Source: Candidatus Omnitrophota bacterium
GTDB taxonomy: Bacteria > Omnitrophota > Gorgyraeia > Zapsychrales > Fredricksoniimonadaceae
Direction: 5' to 3'
Assembly (NCBI GenBank): GCA_903860135.1
Contig: CAIOPG010000009.1
Coordinates: forward strand, 175,805-239,804
DNA length: 64,000 bases
Shown: one piece after another, positions 31,314-40,498 of the stretch
How the letters are laid out: every line of letters begins with the position of its first letter
Position numbering within the stretch: the first letter of the stretch is position 1
Notes under the pieces: model-generated
What the model was told of the DNA's origin: nothing
The model's input: the letters and a program-made list of their open reading frames with translations, nothing else
The model's database searches: none
Made by a program: the position numbers and the translations under genes

Positions 31314-31730
31314 TTAATTCTTCAAAGTTGAAAAAATACCACCCTTTGTTTTTGTAACGGTTCCCGCAGGGGCATTCAGCGTAAGCGTGATAACATCCGC
31401 CGCCGCACCACCTTTTAAAGTAGCTGTCGCACCGCAAGCAGATGCATTCGCACATTCAGTAGCGGTAAATGCATATGTAAAATTACTCGATCCAGTTGGA
31501 AAGGAATAACCAGATATCGCTGTTACATTATTGCATGCCGCATAATCTTCACTATTCTGAACATAACATTCTTGGACTTTGCGCATCAAAACACCAAGCT
31601 GCATATAAGCCTCTGCCGCTTTGGCAATATTCACCTGAGCGCTAAGACGCGGCAACGCTACTGCGGCCAAAACACCGATAATGATAACAACAATGATGAT
31701 CTCGATTAGTGTAAAACCTTTTTTTTTCAT
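31314..31730 (-). CDS. Type IV major pilin, family B paralog 3
   Basis: MKKKG|FTLIE... Near-identical again. Preceded by a conserved 57-nt upstream region. Confidence 0.8.
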   Translation of the reverse strand: MKKKGFTLIEIIIVVIIIGVLAAVALPRLSAQVNIAKAAEAYMQLGVLMRKVQECYVQNSEDYAACNNVTAISGYSFPTGSSNFTYAFTATECANASACGATATLKGGAAADVITLTLNAPAGTVTKTKGGIFSTLKN

Positions 31731-31787
31731 ACATTTCCTTTTTTAGTGTTTTATTAATATCTTCCTGAATTAAAAATATTTTTAAAA

Positions 31788-32207
31788 TTAATTCTTCAAA
31801 GTTGAGAAAATACCCCCCTTTGTTTTTGTAATCGAACCAGCTGAAATATCCAGCTTAAGAGTGATAACATCCGCAGCGTTCGCATTGGTTCCACTGAATG
31901 AAGCTTGACCTACACAATTATTAGCATCTGGACACAGAGAAGAATTAAAATTATATGTAAAATTAGGAGTTACTGGAAATGTATAACCTGATAGAGCTGT
32001 CACCTCGTTGCATCCCGCCATGATGTCACCATTTTGAATATAACATTCCTGGACTTTGCGCATCAGAACACCCAGTTGCCTATAGGCCTCAACGGCTTTT
32101 GTAGTATTAACCTGATTCGTAACACGAGGCATAGCTATCGCTGCTAAGACTCCAATAATTATAACAACAATTATTACTTCAATCAATGTAAACCCATTTT
32201 TATACAC
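31788..32207 (-). CDS. Type IV major pilin, family B paralog 4 (diverged; GTG start)
   Basis: The ORF-track M is a GTG. The more likely start is the second GTG, giving leader (M)YKNG|FTLIEVIIVVIIIGVLAA. Same C-terminus KTKGGIFSTLKN. Confidence 0.65.
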   Translation of the reverse strand: MYKNGFTLIEVIIVVIIIGVLAAIAMPRVTNQVNTTKAVEAYRQLGVLMRKVQECYIQNGDIMAGCNEVTALSGYTFPVTPNFTYNFNSSLCPDANNCVGQASFSGTNANAADVITLKLDISAGSITKTKGGIFSTLKN

Positions 32208-32281
32208 GTATATCCTACCCACATGTTATCTGTATACAAATATGACATATTTAAATAAATAAAGCGAATATAAATAATTAA

Positions 32282-33508
32282 TTATCCTCCGGTAGATAAA
32301 GAAAGTATAGGTAGAAACATCGCGATAACAATTAGACCTATTACACCACCCATGATAACAAGCATAACGGGTTCAATAAGAATGCTGAATCGCTTCAAAA
32401 ATTCTTCAACATTAGCTTTATAATATATGGCGACATTATTCAACATCTTGCCAAGCTCACCGGTTTCCTCGCCAACACGGATCATCTGCACCGTCATCGA
32501 AGGGAAAAATCCACTTCTTTCCATTGGATCTGCCAAAAGCTGCCCCTCACGTACGGCTTCACGCACATTTCTTATAACTTCCGCACAAACCACATTATCC
32601 ACCAGTCTCTCCGATATCTCCAAAGAATAAAGAATGGGGACACCGCTTTCCATAAGGGTGGACATTTGAGATGTAAACTTCTCAATTACAATTAATTTTA
32701 TCATACCACCGAAAATAGGAACTTTAAAAAGAAAAGTCTCAAATTGCTTTCTTCCAAGAGGTGTTTTAATGTAATTCATGAAAAGAAAAATGCTTCCGGC
32801 CCCTCCAGCAATAAGTATAAAAAATCTCTCTTTCAATAATTTGAAAATTGACATCATTATGACCGTGATAGTCGGGAGCTTGATATCCATATCAGAAAAA
32901 ATACGTTCAAATGTAGGCCCGACAAAAAGAGCGAAAAACAAAACAGCTCCGATACAAATAAAACAAAGAACCATCGGATAAACAAGGGCTCCTATAATAG
33001 TAGACTTGAACTTGGCTGTATCCTCCATATATTGTGTCAACTTGTTGAGAACTTTCGGTAATGTACCAGATGCTTCACCAACCTCAATAAGACTGACCCA
33101 AAAAGCAGTAAACACCTTGGGATATTTTGAAATAGCGCTACTGAAAGTACGACCCTGTTCAACATCTGTGACTACCGCCTCAATGATGACGGTTAACCCA
33201 CGACTTTCCAGCTGAGAGCTGATGATCTTGAGCGATCGCATTAACAAAACACCTGCTCCCATCATCGCAGAAAGTTGACGCGCAAAAGAAACAACATCAT
33301 TTAATGAAATATTATTGTGCGAAAACACCCGCTTCTTTGCAACTGACGTCACAGGCTGTTGATTCTCAACAAACTGTTTTACAGCGGTTACAAAAAGCCC
33401 TTTTTGCTGTGCAAACTTAACAGCCTGCTGATCATTAATGGACTCTACAACCTCATTAAATACATGCCCTGAATTATCTTTAGCAGTAACAAGAAATTTG
33501 GCCATCAA
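32282..33508 (-). CDS. pilC: Type IV pilus / T2SS platform protein (PilC/GspF family, two T2SSF domains)
   Basis: 408 aa. Duplicated GspF-like halves, each followed by TM helices. Confidence 0.85.
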   Translation of the reverse strand: MMAKFLVTAKDNSGHVFNEVVESINDQQAVKFAQQKGLFVTAVKQFVENQQPVTSVAKKRVFSHNNISLNDVVSFARQLSAMMGAGVLLMRSLKIISSQLESRGLTVIIEAVVTDVEQGRTFSSAISKYPKVFTAFWVSLIEVGEASGTLPKVLNKLTQYMEDTAKFKSTIIGALVYPMVLCFICIGAVLFFALFVGPTFERIFSDMDIKLPTITVIMMSIFKLLKERFFILIAGGAGSIFLFMNYIKTPLGRKQFETFLFKVPIFGGMIKLIVIEKFTSQMSTLMESGVPILYSLEISERLVDNVVCAEVIRNVREAVREGQLLADPMERSGFFPSMTVQMIRVGEETGELGKMLNNVAIYYKANVEEFLKRFSILIEPVMLVIMGGVIGLIVIAMFLPILSLSTGG

Positions 33509-33523
33509 TTTCCCCAGATCAAT

Positions 33524-35233
33524 TTATATAACAATAGATAAAATTTCCTCAAGGCTCGTGACACCTTCTTCAACCTTCTTCATCCCAACTTCAAAAAGTG
33601 TCGCCATTCCAGCTTTAGATGCTGCGTCCTTCAATTCGTCATAGGAAACATTGTTACCGATCATACGCCGTATAACATCATTAATGGCAAGAACCTCTGA
33701 TACGACCATGCGTCCCCTGTATCCGGTGTGCCCGCATTTATCGCACCCTTTAGCGCGATAAATCAAATCGGTAGACAACTTGATAGACCCCAGATCTTCC
33801 GGCCTCGGTTCATAGGGCTCTTTGCAATCGGCGCATAACTTACGCGCTAAGCGCTGGCTCACAATCATCGTTAATGACGGTGTTAATAAATATGAGGGGA
33901 CACCTATATCCATCAAGCGGCTTATCGCTGACGGTGCGTCATTGGTATGCAGTGTTGAAAGGACAAAGTGACCTGTTAATGCCGCACGCACACATATCTC
34001 TGCTGTCTCAAGATCACGTATTTCACCAACCATAATGATATCCGGATCCTGTCGAAGAAACGATCGTAACGCCTGTGCAAATCCAAAGCCAATATCAGGA
34101 CGCACATGAACCTGGTTAATTCCATCAATGCGGAACTCAACAGGATCTTCTGCTGTCATAATATTCTTGGTGCGATCAAAAACTTCAGAAAGAGAAGAAT
34201 AAAGGGTCGTCGACTTACCACTACCCGTAGGTCCTGTTATAAGAAAAAGACCATACGGAACTTTAAGTGCTTTACGGATGAGTTCTAACTGGGACGCATT
34301 AAATCCAAGCGTAGCCAAATCAAGTTTTACTGCATTCTTATCCAGGATACGCATAACCACTTTCTCTCCCCAAACGGTAGGAACGGTGGACACACGCAGA
34401 TCAACAACACGGTTTTGATCAAACTTTACAGAAATACGCCCATCCTGCGGCAATCGCCTCTCGGCAATGTCAAGCCTAGAAATGATCTTAATGCGCGATA
34501 CGATCGAAGCATGAAGATGTTTTGCCGGCGGAGGGATTTGATAAAGATCACCGTCGATACGATAACGAAGTTCGATCTTGTCCTTAAAAGGTTCGATATG
34601 AATATCACTTGCCCGGTCATCAATAGCCTGCCTGATAATAAGATCCACAAGCTTGATGATCGGCGCTTCTTCGGCTGTTGCGATCAACCTGTCAAGACTT
34701 AACTCCGACTCAGATTTATCATCACCGGATGTTGAGAAATTACTCGAGTCATTCTGCGCTCTTTCAACCGCCTTTCCCCAAGCACCACCCTCATCGGCCA
34801 GATAAAACCGCTCCAATGATTTTAGAATATCGGTACGTGTCGCAATGACAAAGTTTATTTCACAACCAGTCATCTTTTTCAAATTATCGATCATAATAAG
34901 ATCAAATGGATTAAAGATCGCGCATGTCAGTGAATTACCATTCCGATTAAGTAACAATACAAGATTATCTACAGCATACTGATACGAAATAAGCTTTTCA
35001 AGGCCCTGCCCTTTTTGAGGATTCAATAGGCCTGAAGCTTCGGAGGCATATGGAATAAGAAGCTGTGTCCCAAGAGCCACAGCCAAGTCGCTTTCATTAA
35101 TAAATCCCATTTTGACCAAAATTTCTCCGACATGACTCTTGTCGGTCTTTTGGGCATCTATAGCAGACTGGAACTGGGCTTCGGTAATTAAGCCCTTTTT
35201 AATAAGTATTTCACCAAGCTTTAACCGTGCCAT
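33524..35233 (-). CDS. pilB: Type IV pilus assembly / T2SS ATPase (PilB/MshE/GspE family) with N-terminal MshEN c-di-GMP-binding domain
   Basis: 569 aa. N-terminal tandem 24-aa MshEN motifs (KLGEILIKKGLITEAQFQSAIDAQ, a 5-aa spacer, HVGEILVKMGFINESDLAVALGTQ). Walker A GPTGSGKST. C-terminal tetracysteine CADC...CDKC. Confidence 0.9.
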   Translation of the reverse strand: MARLKLGEILIKKGLITEAQFQSAIDAQKTDKSHVGEILVKMGFINESDLAVALGTQLLIPYASEASGLLNPQKGQGLEKLISYQYAVDNLVLLLNRNGNSLTCAIFNPFDLIMIDNLKKMTGCEINFVIATRTDILKSLERFYLADEGGAWGKAVERAQNDSSNFSTSGDDKSESELSLDRLIATAEEAPIIKLVDLIIRQAIDDRASDIHIEPFKDKIELRYRIDGDLYQIPPPAKHLHASIVSRIKIISRLDIAERRLPQDGRISVKFDQNRVVDLRVSTVPTVWGEKVVMRILDKNAVKLDLATLGFNASQLELIRKALKVPYGLFLITGPTGSGKSTTLYSSLSEVFDRTKNIMTAEDPVEFRIDGINQVHVRPDIGFGFAQALRSFLRQDPDIIMVGEIRDLETAEICVRAALTGHFVLSTLHTNDAPSAISRLMDIGVPSYLLTPSLTMIVSQRLARKLCADCKEPYEPRPEDLGSIKLSTDLIYRAKGCDKCGHTGYRGRMVVSEVLAINDVIRRMIGNNVSYDELKDAASKAGMATLFEVGMKKVEEGVTSLEEILSIVI

Positions 35234-35242
35234 AATTTAATC

Positions 35243-36745
35243 CTATTTCTTTTGTACACTCATAGAGTCCATGGCAGAACGAATAATGCTCTGTCTTATC
35301 ACACCGCTACTTTCGCGAATTCCAAGATCAGCAGGAACAGTGTCAACAACGAAATCACTGCCAGGATCCATGACACGGGGGGTAATAAAAATAAGGAGCT
35401 CCCTGTCTTTGGTAGTCGTAGTATCGTGACGGAACACACGCCCGAGAAAAGGAATGTCTCCTAAGACCGGAAGTTTTGTCTGAACTTTTTGTTTCTCAGA
35501 ACGTAACAATCCTCCGAGAACAACAGTTTCACCCGAATGTATCCTCATTTTAACCTTAGCACTACGGATCTCTGTGTCCTTAAAAGTCACCCCGCTATAA
35601 GTTCCACCCAAACGCGCAACAACCACGCGTGGTGAAACAGCCAGTAAAATATCACCTGTCATCAAATTTAACTGAGGCGTGACCGTCAACGTAATCCCCG
35701 TCTCAACTCGTTCAGGTTCAACAGTGGATCCTTGCGTTATTGTCGCCGCTGCCGTCACTTTAACACCAATAGCTTCCGACGCAGTAATCTTAATCTGTGC
35801 CGTTTCATTATTCATGGTCCAAATTCTTGGGCGCGCTAAATTCCTAGCATCTGTTGACGTCTTTAAAAACTGTAACATAGCCGAAAAAGCATTTCCGCCC
35901 ATCGCGCCCTGTGAATACGTAACCTCTGTGCCCCCCTTACTAAGTGCATTCTTTTGGTCAAGAGGGAAATAAAAACTCCTCCCTCCCAGTCCTTTGAAAT
36001 CATATAAGGTGTTGCCAAACTTAACACCTATCTCATCAGCTACTTCCTTAGAAACATCTATCATCTGGACTTCAATCAATATCTGGGCAACCGGCACATC
36101 CAGTTTAGCCAATGTTCGTTCGATCAAAGGAAAATTTGTATCTTCATCAGAAATGATCAGGCTGTTGGTCCGTGAATCTTCAGCGATCTTGGCCGAAGCT
36201 GTTAATACTGTTTTCAAAATATCCACGAGAGCAACGCTCGTCGTTACTGTATTGCTCCCAGCACTCGACGATCCATTACCCCCCCCTTCTTCTGCGGTAA
36301 TTCCGAATGTTGATTGCAACTTTGAAGATGCAACAGTAGCATATTTTAAAGGATAAACACGCGTTATGATATTCTTTTCAGCCTTGATATTATCGATCAT
36401 CAAAATATTGTCATTATTATCATATGAATAAGAAAGTCCATTTGCCGTCAAAATTTTTTTCAAAGCATCCTCAACAGGAACAGCATCAAGAAAAAGTGTT
36501 ATAGGGTCGGTTTTAACAGCGTCTGAAACAATAAAATTGGCACCTATCTGACGAGAGAAGGCCTTCAAAACATCCCTGATATCTGCATTCTTGAAATCAA
36601 GGGAAACAAGTTGAGAATATTGTGGAAGTATAAAACTGTTCTGACTACCAGCTGAAGTAGTGGCAGAAAAAACTTGAGTAAATAAAGAAATTTGAATAAT
36701 ATTGGTAAGTAAAAATATAAATAAATATTTATTTTTTAAACCCAT
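35243..36745 (-). CDS. pilQ: Secretin (PilQ/GspD family)
   Basis: 500 aa. Signal peptide and N-domains. C-terminal secretin core VVLGGLLRSEKQKVQTKLPVLGDIPFLGRVF. Confidence 0.85.
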   Translation of the reverse strand: MGLKNKYLFIFLLTNIIQISLFTQVFSATTSAGSQNSFILPQYSQLVSLDFKNADIRDVLKAFSRQIGANFIVSDAVKTDPITLFLDAVPVEDALKKILTANGLSYSYDNNDNILMIDNIKAEKNIITRVYPLKYATVASSKLQSTFGITAEEGGGNGSSSAGSNTVTTSVALVDILKTVLTASAKIAEDSRTNSLIISDEDTNFPLIERTLAKLDVPVAQILIEVQMIDVSKEVADEIGVKFGNTLYDFKGLGGRSFYFPLDQKNALSKGGTEVTYSQGAMGGNAFSAMLQFLKTSTDARNLARPRIWTMNNETAQIKITASEAIGVKVTAAATITQGSTVEPERVETGITLTVTPQLNLMTGDILLAVSPRVVVARLGGTYSGVTFKDTEIRSAKVKMRIHSGETVVLGGLLRSEKQKVQTKLPVLGDIPFLGRVFRHDTTTTKDRELLIFITPRVMDPGSDFVVDTVPADLGIRESSGVIRQSIIRSAMDSMSVQKK

Positions 36746-36749
36746 ACTA

Positions 36750-37220
36750 TCAATCTTTCAATAATAACTTGTAAAGAAATTCGTTGTAATCTATTTCCAC
36801 ACGGCCTTTGCGGATAGCCAAAATCCTTACCCCCTCTGATCTATCCCCCAAACCCAATATATTTCCATTTAAAATAACCATTGGATTCCTTGTTTTATAA
36901 AATATTCCTGTCACTTTCAGCACAGGCAACGAGGCTATTGATAATTTCCTTACAGGTTGCGCTGAGGGTATCGCAACAAAGTGCTTTATTTCAGGAATAA
37001 CAGCAACTATCGGTCTATCTACTACTGGCTTAACTAAATTATCAGCTTCCTTGCGAAAATCTTTACTAACAAGATCTGGTCTGGCTTTAAACGGATGGAA
37101 AGGCTCCCCAAGAGACTCTATCATCATTTCAAACGGAAGCTTATTAGTCTCATTGGCGTAAGAAAGAGTTGAATTAAAATGAAATAATTGAAAACTATAG
37201 ATAAAAAGAATATTATACAT
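36750..37220 (-). CDS. PilP/GspC-like inner-membrane lipoprotein-like component (weak)
   Basis: Short TM/signal region then a beta-rich C-terminus (LKVTGIFYKTRNPMVILNG..LGDRSEGVRILAI). Sits between PilO-like and the secretin. The start is inferred after the pilO stop. Confidence 0.35.
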   Translation of the reverse strand: MYNILFIYSFQLFHFNSTLSYANETNKLPFEMMIESLGEPFHPFKARPDLVSKDFRKEADNLVKPVVDRPIVAVIPEIKHFVAIPSAQPVRKLSIASLPVLKVTGIFYKTRNPMVILNGNILGLGDRSEGVRILAIRKGRVEIDYNEFLYKLLLKD

Positions 37221-37236
37221 TAAAAAAAGATGATGC

Positions 37237-37866
37237 CTACTTCTTTTTAAAATTTTTATGTTCATTATCTTCCACCAGTTGAAGCAACGAAATGGTAACA
37301 TCCAGCGTCATCGCATCCGTCTGGACTCCTGAATTAACCGGATTGTACTTAATCAACAGGCTATCCAATTTGATCATGTACCCGGAAGATTCCATATCAT
37401 GAACAAATAATAGCATATCCTTGACATTAAGGGAAGAAGCACTAAAACTCATACAAATAGAACGAAAAAAACCATCATTGCTAGTCTGCAATGGATTAAA
37501 AGCATCAATTGTAATTCGTCGCCGCGTGGCACGCCCTGTAACATAAGATATAAAATCAGCCTTGACCAATCCCAAAGGCATCTTGCACATATAATCAGTC
37601 AGATATTTGTTGCTTTGCTCAAGATCCTGGATAGGCTGTCTTTTTGATTGCAAAATCTTTTTTCTCGACGCAAGAGACTGATATTGATTAAAATTTTTAG
37701 TTGTAAGAAAAACTATTACACAAAATCCCAATAAAACAATCAAAGAATTAGTCGCTAAAACTAAATTCTGATTTACATAATGGTTACAATCCTTAATAAA
37801 TTTTGAAGGATTATTTAGATATATTTCGAAATTCTTTAAATCATCAAGATTCATTTCGCCTCGCAC
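37237..37866 (-). CDS. PilO-like inner-membrane pilus alignment protein (weak)
   Basis: 209 aa with a single TM near residue 45 and a coiled-coil-like region. Position is between pilMN and the pilP-like gene. Confidence 0.4.
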   Translation of the reverse strand: MRGEMNLDDLKNFEIYLNNPSKFIKDCNHYVNQNLVLATNSLIVLLGFCVIVFLTTKNFNQYQSLASRKKILQSKRQPIQDLEQSNKYLTDYMCKMPLGLVKADFISYVTGRATRRRITIDAFNPLQTSNDGFFRSICMSFSASSLNVKDMLLFVHDMESSGYMIKLDSLLIKYNPVNSGVQTDAMTLDVTISLLQLVEDNEHKNFKKK

Positions 37867-39455
37867 GTAATCGAAAACGCTGTGACTTTTCTATTATCAT
37901 ATTCTCGAACCTGTAAAGAAACAATCTTAATTTGTGTGAAATTAGTGGCGAACAAATTATCGCTATTTAAAGCATTAAAGAAATGATTAACCCTTTCAAA
38001 TTCTATATTGTTGTCCTTCAAAGACACATACCCCGAAAAGGTCATTGCCGTCTTGGTCTGAAGTGAATAATAATCAACCTCTTTGTTCCCGGGCTCAGGG
38101 ACCTTGCGCGCCGAAACAGGCTCATCTTTAAAAGACAAACTAACAGACTCAAGCCAAAATCCGGATGGCAGTCGTTTGACCAGCCGCACCAACATCTTTG
38201 TCGCCCGTGCATCGAAAGGCAATGATTTCAATGAAAATAACTTCTTGACATTCTTCATTTTCTTCTGAACGGCGTCTGACTCATCTATATCAACGTATTC
38301 CCCGATCTCCTGCTCAAGATTAACAACTTCCTGTCTAAACTTAGACAGAAGCTGATCAGCAAAGAATGCAACAGAAAAGATCAGTGTAAAAACACCGGCC
38401 CCCACCGCCAAGGGCAAAACCAATGCTTGCCTCCTCTGGTCAATTTCAACTTGCTTGAGAGAAACCTGCTGTTTGGAACCTTCAAACAAATTAAAGTCAA
38501 TAACAGTAACCACTTTACTCATCATGGCCACGCCGTAGGCATACACAGCCGCCATTGTATTGCAATCATTGTGATCTACAAGTCTAAAAATATCAACAAT
38601 CTCAACATTGACCCCGAGTTCCTCTCCCATCTTGTCCCACAAAGCATTATTTCCGCCAATGGATATGGCCACCATTCTCTGGACTTCCTCCCCGCCATAC
38701 TGACGCAAGAAGAATTCGGAAGAAATACGGATCTCATTGAAAACTTTGGAACGTAGCTCATCATCGATCTGAAGAGTGCCAACACCCTGATGCACACCTC
38801 CCTGAAGATTAAACTCACGGATAAACTTGACATACCCTTTTTCACAAATAAGGAGTTCTCCGATATAACCATCGACATAAACAATCGCCGTTAATTCATC
38901 GGGATCAACGATCTTTCTAAAAACCAATGCACGGTAAAGACTAGCCGACGCCGGTTCACTGTAAACAACATTTATACCTGCTTGCATTAAAGCATCCGCA
39001 TGTTTTTCAAAAACATCTTTACGGATAGCAACAAATATAATGCCAATCTGCCGCGGATTACTTCCTAGAATATTCGAAGGAAAATATGTGTACGACAACT
39101 CATCAATTGGGAAAGGAATATACTTCTTGGCTTCGAAGATAACAACATCCTGTATCTCGCTTGACTTCATCCACGGAATACTGAACCAGCGAATAATAAT
39201 ATCTTTTGAAGGGATAGAAAGAAATGTTTCCTGCGTTGAAAAACCTTTATTTCGAACAGATTTTTGCAGTGCATCTAGAATCTGCATATCATGCGGTAAA
39301 GACTTCTTGTCAGCAGTGGAAGCCACGTCTTCCGGCGATACAAAAGGAACAAATGTCCCTATGGCGGGTGCGTTGCTCTCCAGTTGAACCAGCGTGAATC
39401 CGCTTGATCCCGAGTAAACCCCTAATCGCTTCTCACTGGCCATACCCAACCTCAT
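37851..39455 (-). CDS. pilM: PilM-PilN fusion (actin-like ATPase domain + C-terminal TM/PilN-like periplasmic region)
   Basis: 534 aa. A PilM-like actin fold in the first ~350 aa, then the TM helix ALVLPLAVGAGVFTLIFSVAFF and a ~150-aa C-terminal region. The likely start is the SD-preceded ATG at 39443. Confidence 0.65.
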   Translation of the reverse strand: MRLGMASEKRLGVYSGSSGFTLVQLESNAPAIGTFVPFVSPEDVASTADKKSLPHDMQILDALQKSVRNKGFSTQETFLSIPSKDIIIRWFSIPWMKSSEIQDVVIFEAKKYIPFPIDELSYTYFPSNILGSNPRQIGIIFVAIRKDVFEKHADALMQAGINVVYSEPASASLYRALVFRKIVDPDELTAIVYVDGYIGELLICEKGYVKFIREFNLQGGVHQGVGTLQIDDELRSKVFNEIRISSEFFLRQYGGEEVQRMVAISIGGNNALWDKMGEELGVNVEIVDIFRLVDHNDCNTMAAVYAYGVAMMSKVVTVIDFNLFEGSKQQVSLKQVEIDQRRQALVLPLAVGAGVFTLIFSVAFFADQLLSKFRQEVVNLEQEIGEYVDIDESDAVQKKMKNVKKLFSLKSLPFDARATKMLVRLVKRLPSGFWLESVSLSFKDEPVSARKVPEPGNKEVDYYSLQTKTAMTFSGYVSLKDNNIEFERVNHFFNALNSDNLFATNFTQIKIVSLQVREYDNRKVTAFSITCEAK

Positions 39456-39511
39456 TGCTTTTATAAAAATGAATACTTTTAGCTAATAATCAATCGCAAG
39501 AAACGTATGCA

Positions 39512-39841
39512 TCAGTAACTAACATCCATCGTGAATGCCCTTGTTGCCCCTGGTCCTCCGCCGGCTACTTGGGTATAATGAACCGAATATGTTGTTCCGT
39601 CAACATATTCAGAGAAATCCGTAAGTGTTGTCGAACCACCGGCGTAAATCTCGCGTGCCCACCATAAAGCTTTTTTGGCAATAAGTTCCGCCTGAAGATG
39701 CTTTCTTTCACGTTCGGAAATAAGTGCCTGTGAATAATTTCGCGATAACACACCTAAAACCAAGATTGACATAAGCATAACAGCCGCAATAACTGTCAGT
39801 AAAATTACCCCCCGCTCACTACCGTATTCTCTTCTAATCAT
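39512..39841 (-). CDS. PilX/GspK-like minor pilin
   Basis: Inferred start MIRREYGSERG|VILLTVIAAVMLM. The ORF-track start is a 37-aa upstream extension overlapping the next gene. Confidence 0.45.
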   Translation of the reverse strand: MIRREYGSERGVILLTVIAAVMLMSILVLGVLSRNYSQALISERERKHLQAELIAKKALWWAREIYAGGSTTLTDFSEYVDGTTYSVHYTQVAGGGPGATRAFTMDVSY

Positions 39842-40073
39842 GAATTCCCTCCTCAAGATAACTCTGACAAAGTGGACAACGCACAACCTCAGTCTTTCCG
39901 TTACTGATAATGATATGGCTGCAATAGGGGCATTGCCTAACAATACCCGCACTTGATGCCTCCCTGTTTACGCCATCATCCACAACGGCATATTTAAACC
40001 ACATAAACCCAAAAAAAATAATCATGACAGAAAGACAAAGACTTACGCCCAAGGCAATATCTATCGTGATCAT
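39834..40073 (-). CDS. Small membrane protein with C-terminal CPxC...CPLC zinc-ribbon
   Basis: 79 aa. N-terminal TM (LGVSLCLSVMIIFFGFMWF), then CPYCSHII-(12 aa)-CPLCQSY. Overlaps both neighbours by 4-8 nt. Confidence 0.5.
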   Translation of the reverse strand: MITIDIALGVSLCLSVMIIFFGFMWFKYAVVDDGVNREASSAGIVRQCPYCSHIIISNGKTEVVRCPLCQSYLEEGIHD

Positions 40074-40498
40074 GGCAACCTCAAACGAAGATCTAATGGT
40101 GCTACAGGAACATCCTCAACAACTGCCACAGAAGGTTCATCGCGATCCTCAGGAACAACCCTTACACCGGAAAAATGAAATATATCCTTATCCTCCGGTG
40201 GCATACTTCTATAAAAAGATTCAGGTTTCTCTGCCTGCAAGGAGCGCAACCACCCTCCTGATAAGTATAATGGTACGGTACTATCATTAATCTTTTCTTC
40301 AACTTGCAGGACTGAAACTTCATGACGCGAAGGAATAACTTCCTGCGGGCTTAAAATATTGCCCAAGAAGACAACATCGAGTTTGTACGTGTTGTTAACA
40401 GCTCCTTTAAATGAAAAGATCACAAAAGTTAAAGCGATGGCGTGCATGATGCCCGCCGTTAATACCCCTATCATCGGAGAATGCCACTTCACTAGCAT
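40070..40498 (-). CDS. TonB/TolA-like N-terminal anchor protein lacking a recognisable C-terminal domain
   Basis: 142 aa. TM (IGVLTAGIMHAIALTFVIF) with a conserved His. Acidic/Pro-rich C-terminus (PEDRDEPSVAVVEDVPVAPLDL). Start coincides with the exbD stop. Confidence 0.35.
   Translation of the reverse strand: MLVKWHSPMIGVLTAGIMHAIALTFVIFSFKGAVNNTYKLDVVFLGNILSPQEVIPSRHEVSVLQVEEKINDSTVPLYLSGGWLRSLQAEKPESFYRSMPPEDKDIFHFSGVRVVPEDRDEPSVAVVEDVPVAPLDLRLRLP

Larger units (their letters stand above)
30402..31787 (-). repeat. Tandem direct repeat of three ~440-475-bp units (pilin gene + 57-nt upstream region), high identity
   Basis: Units 30402-30836, 30837-31313 and 31314-31787. Upstream segments 31257-31313 and 31731-31787 match at about 51/57 nt. 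Confidence 0.8.

Noticed and set aside
30402-31787. Possible CRISPR-like regular repeats
   Set aside because: Repeat units are about 475 bp and protein-coding (pilin paralogs), not 25-40-bp repeat/spacer units. No cas genes present.
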